A DNA stretch of 64,000 nucleotides from Eledone cirrhosa (GCA_964016885.1 OZ024750.1:45756001-45820000); one strand, 5' to 3'; positions 28,092 to 39,461 are shown, numbered from the stretch's first letter. Notes: generated from the sequence alone by a model not told the origin. Numbers and translations: made by a program.

Positions 28092-28510
28092 TATGGACGT
28101 TTTTAGACACATTCATTATCGCATATTTGTACCTATTCTCATCAGCATATCTTTTCATTATTAGTATGGTAATTTAAGGTTATTAATATATGTTGAAAAG
28201 AGATTGTTTTTATATTTTTCTAACTAGATTAAGGTTTATATAGTTGGGGGATGTCCCTCTTTTATGTAATATTCGGCTTGTAGTGGGAAAAAAGGGTTTT
28301 AGTTCTGTGACGGCAGAATAATGTTCGTTCAATTCTGTTATTCAGCAGTTTCTTCTTGTGTGTGATTATGTAATAAATCTCAAGATTACACAATTTGCAG
28401 AAATTTTGGCTCCTGGAAAAGCTTTGGGTTTTAGCTAATTTATCCCATTTTAGGGTAAACTTTTGATTGCTATCCCTGAGCGTCCAAGCTTTCTCTGCTA
28501 AAGTTGTTAC
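28092..28510 (-). mobile_element. Penelope-like element 3' end (GIY-YIG C-terminus plus decayed HHR)
   Basis: Minus 28510-28285 reads TTLAEKAWTLRD...LKWDKL...CKLCNLEIYYI...LLNNRIE...CRHR. HHR remnant UAUG-CUGAUGA...aAAAC-GUC-CAUA at 28092-28149. Confidence 0.7.
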
Positions 28511-28530
28511 ATATATATATATATATATAT

Positions 28531-29157
28531 ATTGTTCTCCATACAGTAACGGTTAAGCTCACTTGTAATAATTATTTACACGCATCTCACTGTGTAACAC
28601 ACTTCTCTTTGTGTAATATATTTGTATTTGAGCTCAGAAGAAAATTATCTATTCTTCTTTGAGCTAATATTATTATTATTACTGTGAACTGCGGAATACT
28701 CTTAATTCCGATCCTTTCATACTTAACGAGCTCCAAATTGTTGAGCTAATAAATTCGAATGGTTGGGCTGCCCTCTCTAGCATTTTCCCCAATCCATGAG
28801 AGCCGTTATTCGATGCAAATAACACGTGATTTCGCCCTACTCTGGGCAGCGTGTATATTAGCTTTCTCTCTATCCATGAGGTTAGATGTGTCGTGAACAA
28901 AATCCACACTTGGTGACTGAGGAACCTGTGGGATGTTAAACTGCACATTTCTGTGGCGAAACGAACTAGATTCGTATCCACAAGCTTACAATTATAAGGT
29001 TGGTAATTTAAAACTCTACTTCAGAGATTTGATTCTGTCTTAGTTTTTTTCTATTTAATTGCTAACCTGTAGATATTGTTCTCCATACAGTAACGGTTAA
29101 ACGCACTTGTAATAATTCTTTACACACATCTCACTGTGTAACACGTTTCTCTTTGTG
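28531..29157 (+). mobile_element. 544-bp unit with ~83-bp terminal direct repeat and internal HHR, in (TA)n
   Basis: attgttctccatacagtaacggttaa...ctctttgtg at 28531 and 29075. Confidence 0.8.
28909..28984 (+). ncRNA. Type-I hammerhead ribozyme motif
   Basis: CUUGguGA-CUGAGGA-aCC..GGGAUGU(loop)ACAUUUC..GGc-GAAA-CGAA cuaga UUCG-UA-UCcaCAAG. Confidence 0.68.
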
Positions 29158-29217
<60 letters not shown>

Positions 29218-29589
29218 TTCCAGATTAAACATAAAAATGCTAAATACAGAGCCTACAAATACACGCTTACTCACACCTGTTTAGGAATTCTTTATTGGAA
29301 ATTCCAAACAGAGAATTCCTTCAGAAGTGCGTTCATGGAATATATATAGGTTCTCATTGATATGTAAATGTATGTAGTCGTTAGGATAGAGCACCATAAC
29401 TAAGCTCTCCCATACACACACACACATATATATATACATAGACAGACAGACGCACAGGCGCAACGTACATCCACCACCCCGCACACGCACATTGCATAGT
29501 GAATAATGAAACGCAGTGAAAGCAAACAATAAGAACCTTTTCAAATCAACCCTCTTAGCTATATGATTAACTTAAATGGAAAAAGAGTG

Positions 29590-29626
29590 GCTTAAGCGTT
29601 TCGAATATTAGTCCTTCATCGGAAAA
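29590..29626 (-). ncRNA. Degenerate PLE-type minimal HHR (U4C)
   Basis: Minus: CCGAUGA-AGGACUAAUAUUC-GAAACGCUUAAG, similar to the 41481 motif. Confidence 0.45.
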
Positions 29627-29913
29627 GAAAAGATATATGTACATATATAGAAAGAGAAAGGACCACATAATATTGCGTAAAGCAGATATTTCAAAGAAAA
29701 ATATGTATTTCTGTAGGAACCAATAAATTTCCTGTAGTGCTATTTCATGCCTTGTAGATGTGCTGCCTAAAAACGATCTATATGTATATATATTTATTAA
29801 AATAACAGATTAAAGTTTAAGCAAAGAATCGCTGCTTTCACCCTTAACGGGATCTACGGTTCTTATATATTTGATATACATTTATCCTTATCGAGCCCTC
29901 TTTGGATTATTAT

Positions 29914-29957
<44 letters not shown>

Positions 29958-29967
29958 TTTTTTTTTT

Positions 29968-30237
29968 TTTTTTTGCCGTGGCACCTCCACGACCACTTTG
30001 CAGTGGAATGATATGGACCCAGTCCCTATCATCTCATTGCTCCAGTTTACTCAGCTGTAGAAATGAGATTCCACTGCAAAGTGGTCGTGGAGGTGCCACG
30101 GCAAAAAAAGCACCCACCACTCACTGTAAATGAGGTTGGTGTTAGGAAGGGCATCCAGCTGTAGAAATCAAGCCAGAATCTGTTCCCGTCCCACCCTTGC
30201 AAGCAAGGAAAAAGCGAACATAAAATGATGATGATGA

Positions 30238-30240
<3 letters not shown>
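29968..30240 (+). mobile_element. Second SINE family (aggaagggcatccagctgtagaaa core) with (TGA)n tail and 42-bp 5' inverted duplication
   Basis: Arms 29968-30009/30068-30109; tail tgatgatgatgatga like the RTE tails. Confidence 0.7.
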
Positions 30241-30283
<43 letters not shown>

Positions 30284-30769
30284 TCAGCGAGAATCGCATT
30301 TGGCGGGTAGAAAAAGCGAAACGAAACGCAAAAATCAGAAGTTATGCTTGTAAGCACTCTATAGTTAAAAAAGCAGAGCTAAACAATATGTTAAAACGCC
30401 ATACAAAACTGAAAAAAGTGGTCAAGAAAGCATCAACCACCTAAGCCAAAAAGCACATCAAGCTAAACAGGTCAAAACAAAATAAATGATAATAAACATA
30501 TATATATATATATATTTTTTAAATTTAACACGTATAAAATTTCTTTGGAGGACAGTCTCACAAAAGCAGATGTATTTATCTGAAACCTGCATGACCATAA
30601 TACTACTTACAATGTTATGTCCTGTAGTGTGTTCGATTATACCTTTTCAAAAAATAACCATAATATTATAAATGCGGCAAAAAAGGACAATATTGATTTA
30701 AAGAGAATATTTCTTGAAAACTACAAAATAAAATTATTTCAGTACATGCAAGCATCTCATTATTTCTAA

Positions 30770-31157
30770 GGGCGGTGGATTGGCAGTATTGGTAGTGGAT
30801 CGGACGCCATGCTTTGACGTATAGAATTACGGACCTTGCCATTCTGAGTTCAAATCCCGCCAAGGTTAACTTTGCCTTTCATCCTTACGGGGTCGATAAA
30901 ATAAAGTACCAGTAATGCACTGGGTAATTGCTGGCCTTGTGCCTAACGTAGAAACAATTATTTCTAAGGGCGGTGAATTGGCAGTACCGGTAGAGGGTTG
31001 GACGCCATGCTTTCTAGCATAGTTACGTCCTTTTACAGTCTGAGTTCAAATCCCGCCGAGGTTAACTTTGCCTTTCATCCTTACGGGGTCGATAAAATAA
31101 AGTACCAGTAATGCACTGGGTAATTGCTGGCCTTGTGCCTAAGGTAGAAACAATTAT
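30770..31157 (+). mobile_element. Two head-to-tail tRNA-derived SINEs
   Basis: 30770-30960 and 30968-31157; attatttcta present before, between and after. Confidence 0.92.
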
Positions 31158-31429
31158 TTCTATTTGTTATTTACGTTTCACAACAAAGCGATCAAAAGCT
31201 TACATATTATTTAAATTATATATATATACTTGCTGCGTTTAACCCATTTTTTTTTCTGTAAGAAAATGATGATTGATTTTAAATCAGTGATATAATTTAT
31301 TGAGAAAAATGCAGCATTTCAATATTACTCAATGAAAATTCAATGCATGAAAAATTGGAAAACATTATTTTTTGTAATATATCAAATCAAAATTACATTA
31401 TTAAACCTTATTCTTATTTTGTTTCTTGT

Positions 31430-31879
31430 AAATATTTTTTTTCAAACTATCATTTCAAAACTTTTGTGAATAGACATCATAAACCTATGGTTTAAATTTC
31501 ATATAAATCGAAGGGAAAACATTTTCAGCGGGGGTTTGTGCCTCCGGGGAACCCTAATAGGGGGTTTAACCACCATTAGGGTGTCTTAATATTATTGAAA
31601 TTTGCTGAAATTTTGTGAATAGGCATCATATCATGTCATTTACCTATTGTTTAAATTTCATATAAATCGAAAGGAAAAGTTTTCAGCGGGGGTTGTGTGA
31701 CCCCAGAGAGCCCTTTGATTAAAATGAAATATACTTATCCAAGTACCCTAGGCAATGTAGTTTCAGAATATATATGGTTATGGGGGTCTATCTCCAAAAC
31801 CACAGTAGTAGTTCGTGAACAAACAAACAAAAAAAATGAAACAAACAAACAGACAGGAATACAACTTTATATATATGAG
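31430..31879 (-). mobile_element. Helitron-like non-autonomous element, 5' portion
   Basis: Minus strand starts TCATATATATAAAG followed by (GTTT/GTCT)n; internal ~170-bp subrepeat. No 3' CTAG/hairpin found, so the left boundary is uncertain. Confidence 0.45.
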
Positions 31880-32238
31880 TCCCCGGTTCAATCGGTGATA
31901 ACCACAGCAAAGTACTACAACTCCTATGATTTGTTTTTATTCTGCCTTTTGAATTCGATAAATAGTATAACAGTTTGTTTATTTCTTTCTCTGGAACAAA
32001 GCAGCTCTGCTCCGGCCTGGAGAGCTTTTAAATCTCGAAAGCAAGCTGTGCGTCACCACGGTGCCCATACGACCCTATCAGAGGTTACAGCCTCTTTCTA
32101 TAATAATTTTATTGTGATTAATTACACTGTATTCCCGCATTGTTGGATATACATATTTCGGATATACATATTACTACCTTATTACCAGTAAGATAAATAG
32201 CTCAATGTAACAACATCAGTTGTTCTACAGAGCAGTTA

Positions 32239-33529
32239 TATAGAAATTACATGAATCAAAATTCTGTTTAAACCATTTATTCGCTTACAATTGTTTCTTC
32301 CAAACCGAGGTTTGGATTCTTCGGAGCAATTTTTCAATGATTTTTTACATACTTGACCTCCTTTCCAACACAAGAGACATACAGAAAATTATGTATATAT
32401 TGATGCACAGTAGGTTGACATCCATTATAATATTATAGCATGGAAATTTACATTCAAAGATTAAAGTCATATTAAAGAACAAAATTAAAGTTAAAATACA
32501 ACATTGGCAGTTTACGAAGATAAAGCAAGAGGATAGTTTGAAGTAGCCTGAGTATGCAGCAGTCACACGTGGGGCATGCACGTGTGTCCTATTTATAGAA
32601 GATTACAGTGCGGCAGGGTGTTACATGTAATACAAGCATTCTAAGCGGGCAATCAAGAGCATCATAGGGGCTGTACTGGTAAAGCATTTTTATCTATATA
32701 TGTATGATATAGAAGCCAGTGTGTAGAGAAACACCAAAAATATTAAAAATGAGAAGCAAAACAACGCCACGGTCCTCGCACACACCACCACTCTCACAAT
32801 CCAGGAAACGCAATTTATAGACTACATGTCCCTCACACAATGCATGATGATTCAACAGTGGATGCCTGATGAACCATGTTAGAACACCACAGCTTGTCGT
32901 TCTCTAATTCGATTCTATGGATTGTGTGAGGGACATGTAGTCTATAAATTGCGTTTCCTGGAATGTGAGAGTGGTGGTGTGTGCGAGGACCGTGGCGTTG
33001 TTTTGCTTCTCATTTTTAATATGTTTGGTGTTTCTCTACACACTGGCTTCTATATCATACATATATATATAAAAAATGCTTTACCAGTACAGCCCCCATG
33101 ATGCTCTTGATTGCCCGCTTAGACTGCTTGTATTACATGTAACACCCTGCCGCACTGTAATCTTGTATAAATAGGACACGCGTGCATGCCCCACGTGTGA
33201 CTGTTGCATACACTGGCTACTTCAAACTATCCTCTTGCTTTATCTTCGTAAACTTGCCAATGTTGTATTTTAATTTTAACTTTAATTTTGTCCTTTAATA
33301 TGACTTTAATCTTTGTATGTAAATTGCCATGCTATATTATTATAATGGATGTCAACCCACTGTGCATCAATATATACATATGTTTCTATATGTCTCTTGT
33401 GTTGGAAAGGAGGTCAAGTATGTAAAAAAATCATTGAAAAATTGCTCCGAAGAATCCAAACCTCGGTTTGGAAGAAACAATTGTAAGCGAATAAATGGTT
33501 TAAACAGAACTTCGATTCATGTAATTTCT

Positions 33530-33532
<3 letters not shown>
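32239..33532. mobile_element. Family E giant fold-back (~605-bp arms, ~70-bp spacer) with outward-reading HHRs
   Basis: Arms ~32239-32845 and 32917-33532 with scattered substitutions; right end abuts (TA)n. Confidence 0.9.
33442..33490 (+). ncRNA. Hammerhead motif with U4C core (family E)
   Basis: UUGCU-CCGAAGA-a-UCCAAACC uc GGUUUGGA-a-GAAA-CAAUUG-UA-AGCGA then AAUAAA; identical mirror on minus at 32281-32329. Confidence 0.75.
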
Positions 33533-33569
<37 letters not shown>

Positions 33570-34737
33570 ATGTATAATAAACAATACAATATAATTACCT
33601 CATTACCAGAGGTTTCCCGAATAAGACGAATACGAAAGAAACGTCTACATTCGTTCGTCGGACGAAGCAATATAAAACATAGTGAAATATTTGGAAAGTC
33701 TCCTCAAGAAATGCAAAAAAAATATATATATATGAATAAAAGTAATGCAACAAATGTATAAAATATATAAAAAAATATAAGGAAATATAGTTAGGTGTGT
33801 GTATATGTATGTATATACACTCACAAATGTACATAAGTAAGCATGTACAAATGCGTGTGTATGGTGAAAATGTGTGCGTAAATATATATATATGAGGGCA
33901 AGTATATTTGTGTATATGTAACCACAAATACGGATATAATATAAGTTGAAAATAAATTGTAAATCTGGTTGACATGTATACATAAACAGGGTGTTAGATA
34001 CATATAAGAATATGAAGGCACGCGTATAAACACACATACACGCGCGATTACTTATATGCGGCAGATAAAGAGGTAAGGGAGTGTAATAGTTAAAAGAAAG
34101 TGTCATTCTCGATATATTTATAAAAATGGAACAATATTTAAATGAAAGAGAATTAACACTAGAGAAGAGAAAAGAAAAGAGAAGAAAAGAAAACAAAACA
34201 AACAAGGTACACAAGTACATACACATATATCTATATATATACATTTATATATATATTTATATATATATATATTTAGAGAGAGAGAGCGACAGAGGGCGAG
34301 AGAGCGAAATAGAGAGAGAGAGAGTGAGAGAGAGCGAAATATAGAGAGAGAGAGTGTGAGAGAGACACAGAGAGAGAGAGGAAGGGGGTTTATAGATTGA
34401 TTCATGCACTGATAGATATGTTTCTTTTATTTGCCACCAGGGCATCAAAAGTGGGACAAGTACAATGGGGGGAGTTTACAAAACAAGGCGTCCTCAATAA
34501 GGAGGAGGCAATAACAATATATAAAAATAAAATAAAATATAACAAAAAATAAAATTTATAACAAAGTCCTCAATAGAGAGGAGGCGCCTTGGGGGGTCGC
34601 ACACACCCCCGAAAAAAGTGTGCAACCCTTCTCCTCAGGAGCACAGAGAAGGGATAGATATATACATATATACATATATTGATATACAGATAGATAGCAT
34701 GATTGACATATACATATACTTACTGCTTCATTATTTA

Positions 34738-35100
34738 GGGCGATGGATTGGCAGTATTGGTAGAGTCGGACGCCATGCTTTGCAGCATAGAGTTACGGCC
34801 CTTTATGATCTGAGTTCAAATCCCACCGAGGTTGACTTTGCCTTTCATCCCTTTGAGGTCGATTAAATAAAGTACCAGTCACGCACTGGGGTCGATTTAA
34901 TCTACTTTCCCCTTCCCCCACATTGCTGGTCTTGTGCCTATATAAGAAACCATTATTTAGATTTCGTCGGCCTTTGCCATTCTGAGTTCAAATCCCGCCG
35001 AGGTTAACTTTGCTTATCATCCTTACGGGGTCGATAATATAAAGAACCAGTAATGTACTGGAATATTTGGTGGCCTTGCGCCAAAAAGTGGAAACAATTA
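34738..35100 (+). mobile_element. Two tRNA-derived SINEs, second 5'-truncated and inserted at the first's 3' end
   Basis: 34738-34955 and 34969-35100; 20-bp TSD attatttagatttcgtcggc at 34952 and 35097. Confidence 0.9.
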
Positions 35101-35277
35101 TTTAGATTTCGTCGGCAATAAAAGCGATATACCGAATACGGCATAAAGTAAAATAAACCATGTTGAGAAGAACTTCAAGATAAATTGTCAAACAGATAAA
35201 ATGAAACCCGGGTAGAAACCGGGGTAGCGAAATATATAGATAGCTGACACTGTTTATGTGGACATTTATGTTAGATT

Positions 35278-35317
<40 letters not shown>

Positions 35318-35390
35318 CACACATATACTTACAGATATATACGCACATGTATATATACATTATACATATTTATATATTTGTATATATATG

Positions 35391-35421
<31 letters not shown>

Positions 35422-35563
35422 GCAGAGGTTATATTTAATTTGTTGGGATTCGACAAGCTTAAACATGTTTATAACTGATATAAAGCACTCAACAGTTTAG
35501 TGGAGTAAATATTCAATATATCCTTTCCGGGTATGTCAATATTTATTTAATAAAATAAATCTG

Positions 35564-35629
35564 TATTTTATCTGATGAAAGAGCACCATAATTTGCCTTG
35601 GTTGCCCTTGAAATATATATAATAAAATA
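35564..35629 (+). ncRNA. Type-I hammerhead ribozyme (family C), within element 35421-35670
   Basis: UAUUUUAU-CUGAUGA-AAGaGCACCA(loop)UGGuUGCcCUU-GAAA-UAUAUA-UA-AUAAAAUA; perfect 8-bp stem I. Confidence 0.75.
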
Positions 35630-35663
35630 ATTATTGTTTTATAAATATAGTTTCCATTGATTA

Positions 35664-35734
<71 letters not shown>

Positions 35735-35797
35735 ATATAATATATATATTATATATATATTTATTATATATATATATATTATATATATAATTATATT

Positions 35798-35889
<92 letters not shown>

Positions 35890-35928
35890 TATATACAGTA
35901 TATATATATATATCGGGAATTTTACCCG

Positions 35929-35964
<36 letters not shown>

Positions 35965-35994
35965 TATATATATATATATCGGGAATTTTACCCG

Positions 35995-36089
<95 letters not shown>

Positions 36090-36374
36090 TATATCTTCGT
36101 CTTTGCGACTGTCTCATATATCTGGGTGGAGATGACTTAGCAGCATGTGGAACGTGTCATTAGCACTAAATATATTGAGTCTGAGATAATCCAGATACCT
36201 GCCACAATTGATGGCATAAATTGAATGAAGTTATTACATATACTTGCACAGACATTCCTGCACAAAATGACAACCGCAATTATTATCACAGCCCCAAATT
36301 TAAATTCTATTTAATGTTCTATATCAGATAGAAACACAGACATTCATGCACTCACACGCATCTATCTATATCTA

Positions 36375-36483
<109 letters not shown>

Positions 36484-36564
36484 GTATTAATGTGTCAAGT
36501 TTGAAATGTGTAGAAGTTTATAGGAAAATAAAAACATTACTACAAATTTCATACTTGACCACCT

Positions 36565-36611
<47 letters not shown>

Positions 36612-36790
36612 TTACATATATGTGCCTATATATAGATATATAATGTTTATTTATTCATATAAATATATATGTGAGTGTCTATGGTGTGTTTGCTGTGGTT
36701 TATTTCCTTGATACTCTTGTTTTGTTTTGTTTTATAAGTTTATTCATTTATGTAGTTTATATATATGTATATATAGATACACACCTACAT

Positions 36791-36831
<41 letters not shown>

Positions 36832-36833
<2 letters not shown>

Positions 36834-37022
36834 AACGAGTAGGACCCCGACGGCTGACCTCAAGCCGTTTCGACGGTTAATTCAGTCCAGAATTAGCCTT
36901 CGAAACAGCTTGAGCTCAGCCGTCGGGGTCCTACTCGTTCTTATTACCCACTCTACTACCCTAAGTATTGACTACTTTGGTGCGTTATGGTCCACCTGGT
37001 TCCTTATCGCATTTCCTTCGTT
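36832..37022 (+). mobile_element. Family A fold-back element
   Basis: Matches 948-1131 with a different centre (aattcagtccagaatt). Confidence 0.88.
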
Positions 37023-37167
37023 ATATATATATATATATATAATTGGAAGGGGTGCATACATACATTTACATACATGTACACACACACAGGCAAACACACA
37101 CAGACACACACACACACGTGTGTGTGTTGTTATATTTGAGAGCGTCATGCTGCAAATTGAACCCTGA

Positions 37168-37449
37168 TCGTTGTTTATATATTGTCAAACTTCTTTCGTC
37201 ACACATTCTCTAACCTCCTCAGTGACTGTTTTCTTTTTATTTTGTGGCGATGAAAGAGATGTGACAATATATAAACAACCATCCGGTTATCGAACCAACC
37301 AACCAACCAACCGGAAATTTATAATAAATTGAAATGAAACCAACAGATGCGTTTGTTTTTATTGGCTGCATGGCTCTCGACAAATATAACAATATCGGTC
37401 TCAACACGTCTTCAGGTAAGATATTTTTAAAAACAAATTCAAAAACGAA

Positions 37450-37450
<1 letters not shown>
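37168..37450. mobile_element. Family B fold-back element, decayed HHR on minus (37184-37226)
   Basis: Homology to 1705-2181; core CUGAGGA. Confidence 0.75.
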
Positions 37451-37506
<56 letters not shown>

Positions 37507-37510
<4 letters not shown>

Positions 37511-37991
37511 AAAGTTCTATTTAAAATTGTTGGGATACAACAAGTAAATATTTTTATAGCTGATATAAAGCACTCGACAAGTATTTGGAGTAGATATACG
37601 ATATTAATAAATGGAAACTATATTTATAAAACCATATTTATTTCATTATACATATTTCAGGGATACCAGATTATATTATGGTATGCCTTCATCAGACAAA
37701 ATACAATATATAACAGTTTTACAAATAGGTTTGACGTACCCTTTAAAATACAACCATTACTTTTGGAGGCTGCCTAATTGTAAAACTGTTATATATTGTA
37801 TTTTGTCTGATGAAGGCATACCATAATTTAATCTGGTATCCCTGAAATATGTATAATGAAATAAATATGGTTTTAAAAATATAGTTTCCAATTATTAATG
37901 TCGTATATCTACTCCAAAAATTTGTCGAGTGCTTTATATCAGCTATAAAAATATTTACTTGTTGTATCCCAACAATTTTAAATAGAACTTT

Positions 37992-37995
<4 letters not shown>
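37507..37995. mobile_element. Family C symmetric fold-back (223-bp arms, 43-bp spacer) with two HHRs
   Basis: Arms 37507-37729/37773-37995, TA-flanked on both sides. Confidence 0.9.
37801..37861 (+). ncRNA. Type-I hammerhead ribozyme (family C)
   Basis: UUUUGU-CUGAUGA-AGGcAUACCA(loop)UGGUAUcCCU-GAAA-U augu A-UA-AUGAAA; mirror on minus 37641-37701. Confidence 0.78.
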
Positions 37996-38025
<30 letters not shown>

Positions 38026-38261
38026 AGTATGATTTTGAAACAGCGAGCGAGTTTGAAATTAAAGGTAGAAGATTTCGAATGAAGAATTTTTTTAGCCTGA
38101 TAGTGGAATTTAGAACCATTTGACAAATGGAAATAGATAATTATTGACGTGCATGTGAGTCAAACCCACATCTATGGTTATCAAAACTGGCTCGCTGTTT
38201 AAAAAACATACCTGTGTTTATACTTGCTAAGAATGAAACTTCTAATTTGAATGGAGATTGG

Positions 38262-38332
38262 TGATGTGTTGGTGTAATGGTGGCGCAGTGGTCTGAAAAA
38301 TCAGAGAAATAGTTTTAACTCCCATGTACGTC
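38262..38332 (+). pseudogene. Degenerate tRNA-like sequence (GAA anticodon loop), probably a SINE head
   Basis: Acceptor TGATGTG/TACGTCA, A-box TGGTGTAATGG, loop CTGAAAA, decayed T-arm. Its 3' part is present inverted at ~38075-38165. Confidence 0.4.
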
Positions 38333-38429
38333 AAGACTATTTTTTTTGTATTTCCTAGAAAGGGGTTCTAAACCCACTATCAGGCTAACAAATTTCTTTC
38401 ATAAAAAAACACGGTGAAAGCTTCTAATG

Positions 38430-38489
<60 letters not shown>

Positions 38490-38568
38490 AGATGAGCGGA
38501 ACAAGCAAAATTCAAACAATATTGCAAAAAATTCAAAAAATAGAATTTAAATATTTATCTATCCATAT

Positions 38569-38649
38569 TGCTTTTACCGACGGTTTCACCTCACAAAATA
38601 TTGGAAATCCGATGGACATCCAATGGAAAGTTCGGCTCTTCAGAAAGCA
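38569..38649 (-). ncRNA. Type-I hammerhead ribozyme (family F, downstream copy)
   Basis: Minus: UGCUUU-CUGAAGA-GCC(...)GGU-GAAA-CCG u CGG-UA-AAAGCA. Confidence 0.8.
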
Positions 38650-39064
38650 TTTTCCCTTACATAGGACATATAGTCCCATAGCCGGCAAATATATTTCCTT
38701 CAGCCAGCTAGTGCAGGATCTAATGGGGCCATACATGTGACCTACACGTGAACTGGTCGATAGTAGAAGCGGGAGTAGCATAGACGTGTTATTTGCCACA
38801 CTACTAAAAATAGTAGCTAGGTATATAACGGATTTTTTCTCTACACATGAGAGAATATACATAAGATGAGATCAATATCCCCACAGCTACTAAGTGCACT
38901 CGGAAATATATAGGGTGTCTATGATAATATGATACAGTTTTTGTTCAATGGTATTAATTTGATATACCCGAACTGTAATATTGAGATGAGTGGAACAAGC
39001 AAAGTTCAAACAATATTTCAAAATATATAAAAAAATGTAATTTAAATATTTATCTATCCATATT

Positions 39065-39143
39065 GCTTTTACCGACGGTTTCGCCTCATAAAAGATTGGA
39101 AATCCGAGGGACTTCCAATGGAAAGTTCGGCTCTTCAGAAAGC
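39065..39143 (-). ncRNA. Type-I hammerhead ribozyme (family F, upstream copy)
   Basis: Minus: GCUUU-CUGAAGA-GCC(...)GGC-GAAA-CCG u CGG-UA-AAAGC. Confidence 0.82.
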
Positions 39144-39243
39144 CTTTTCCCTTACATAGGACATATAGTCCCATAGCCGGCAAATATATTGCCTTCAGCC
39201 AGCTAGTGCAGGATCGAATGGAGCCATAACTGTGAACTATATA

Positions 39244-39334
<91 letters not shown>

Positions 39335-39362
39335 GATGTACACATATATATATATCATATAC

Positions 39363-39393
<31 letters not shown>

Positions 39394-39401
39394 AGTGTCT
39401 G

Positions 39402-39461
<60 letters not shown>

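Larger units (their letters stand above)
38485..39237 (-). mobile_element. Family F: ~1.5 tandem copies of a ~495-nt unit with two HHRs (retrozyme-like)
   Basis: Direct repeats ~38490-38745 and 38984-39237, TA-flanked both sides. Confidence 0.88.

Noticed and set aside
32860-32900. CTGATGA in the family E spacer (also at 14078, 22923, 63207 on minus)
   Set aside because: No matching stem II/GAAA/UH arrangement found.
32239-33532. Palindromes as pure sequencing or assembly chimeras
   Set aside because: Arms differ by substitutions and indels, and boundaries coincide with repeat-family ends. Cannot be fully excluded for the near-perfect ones.
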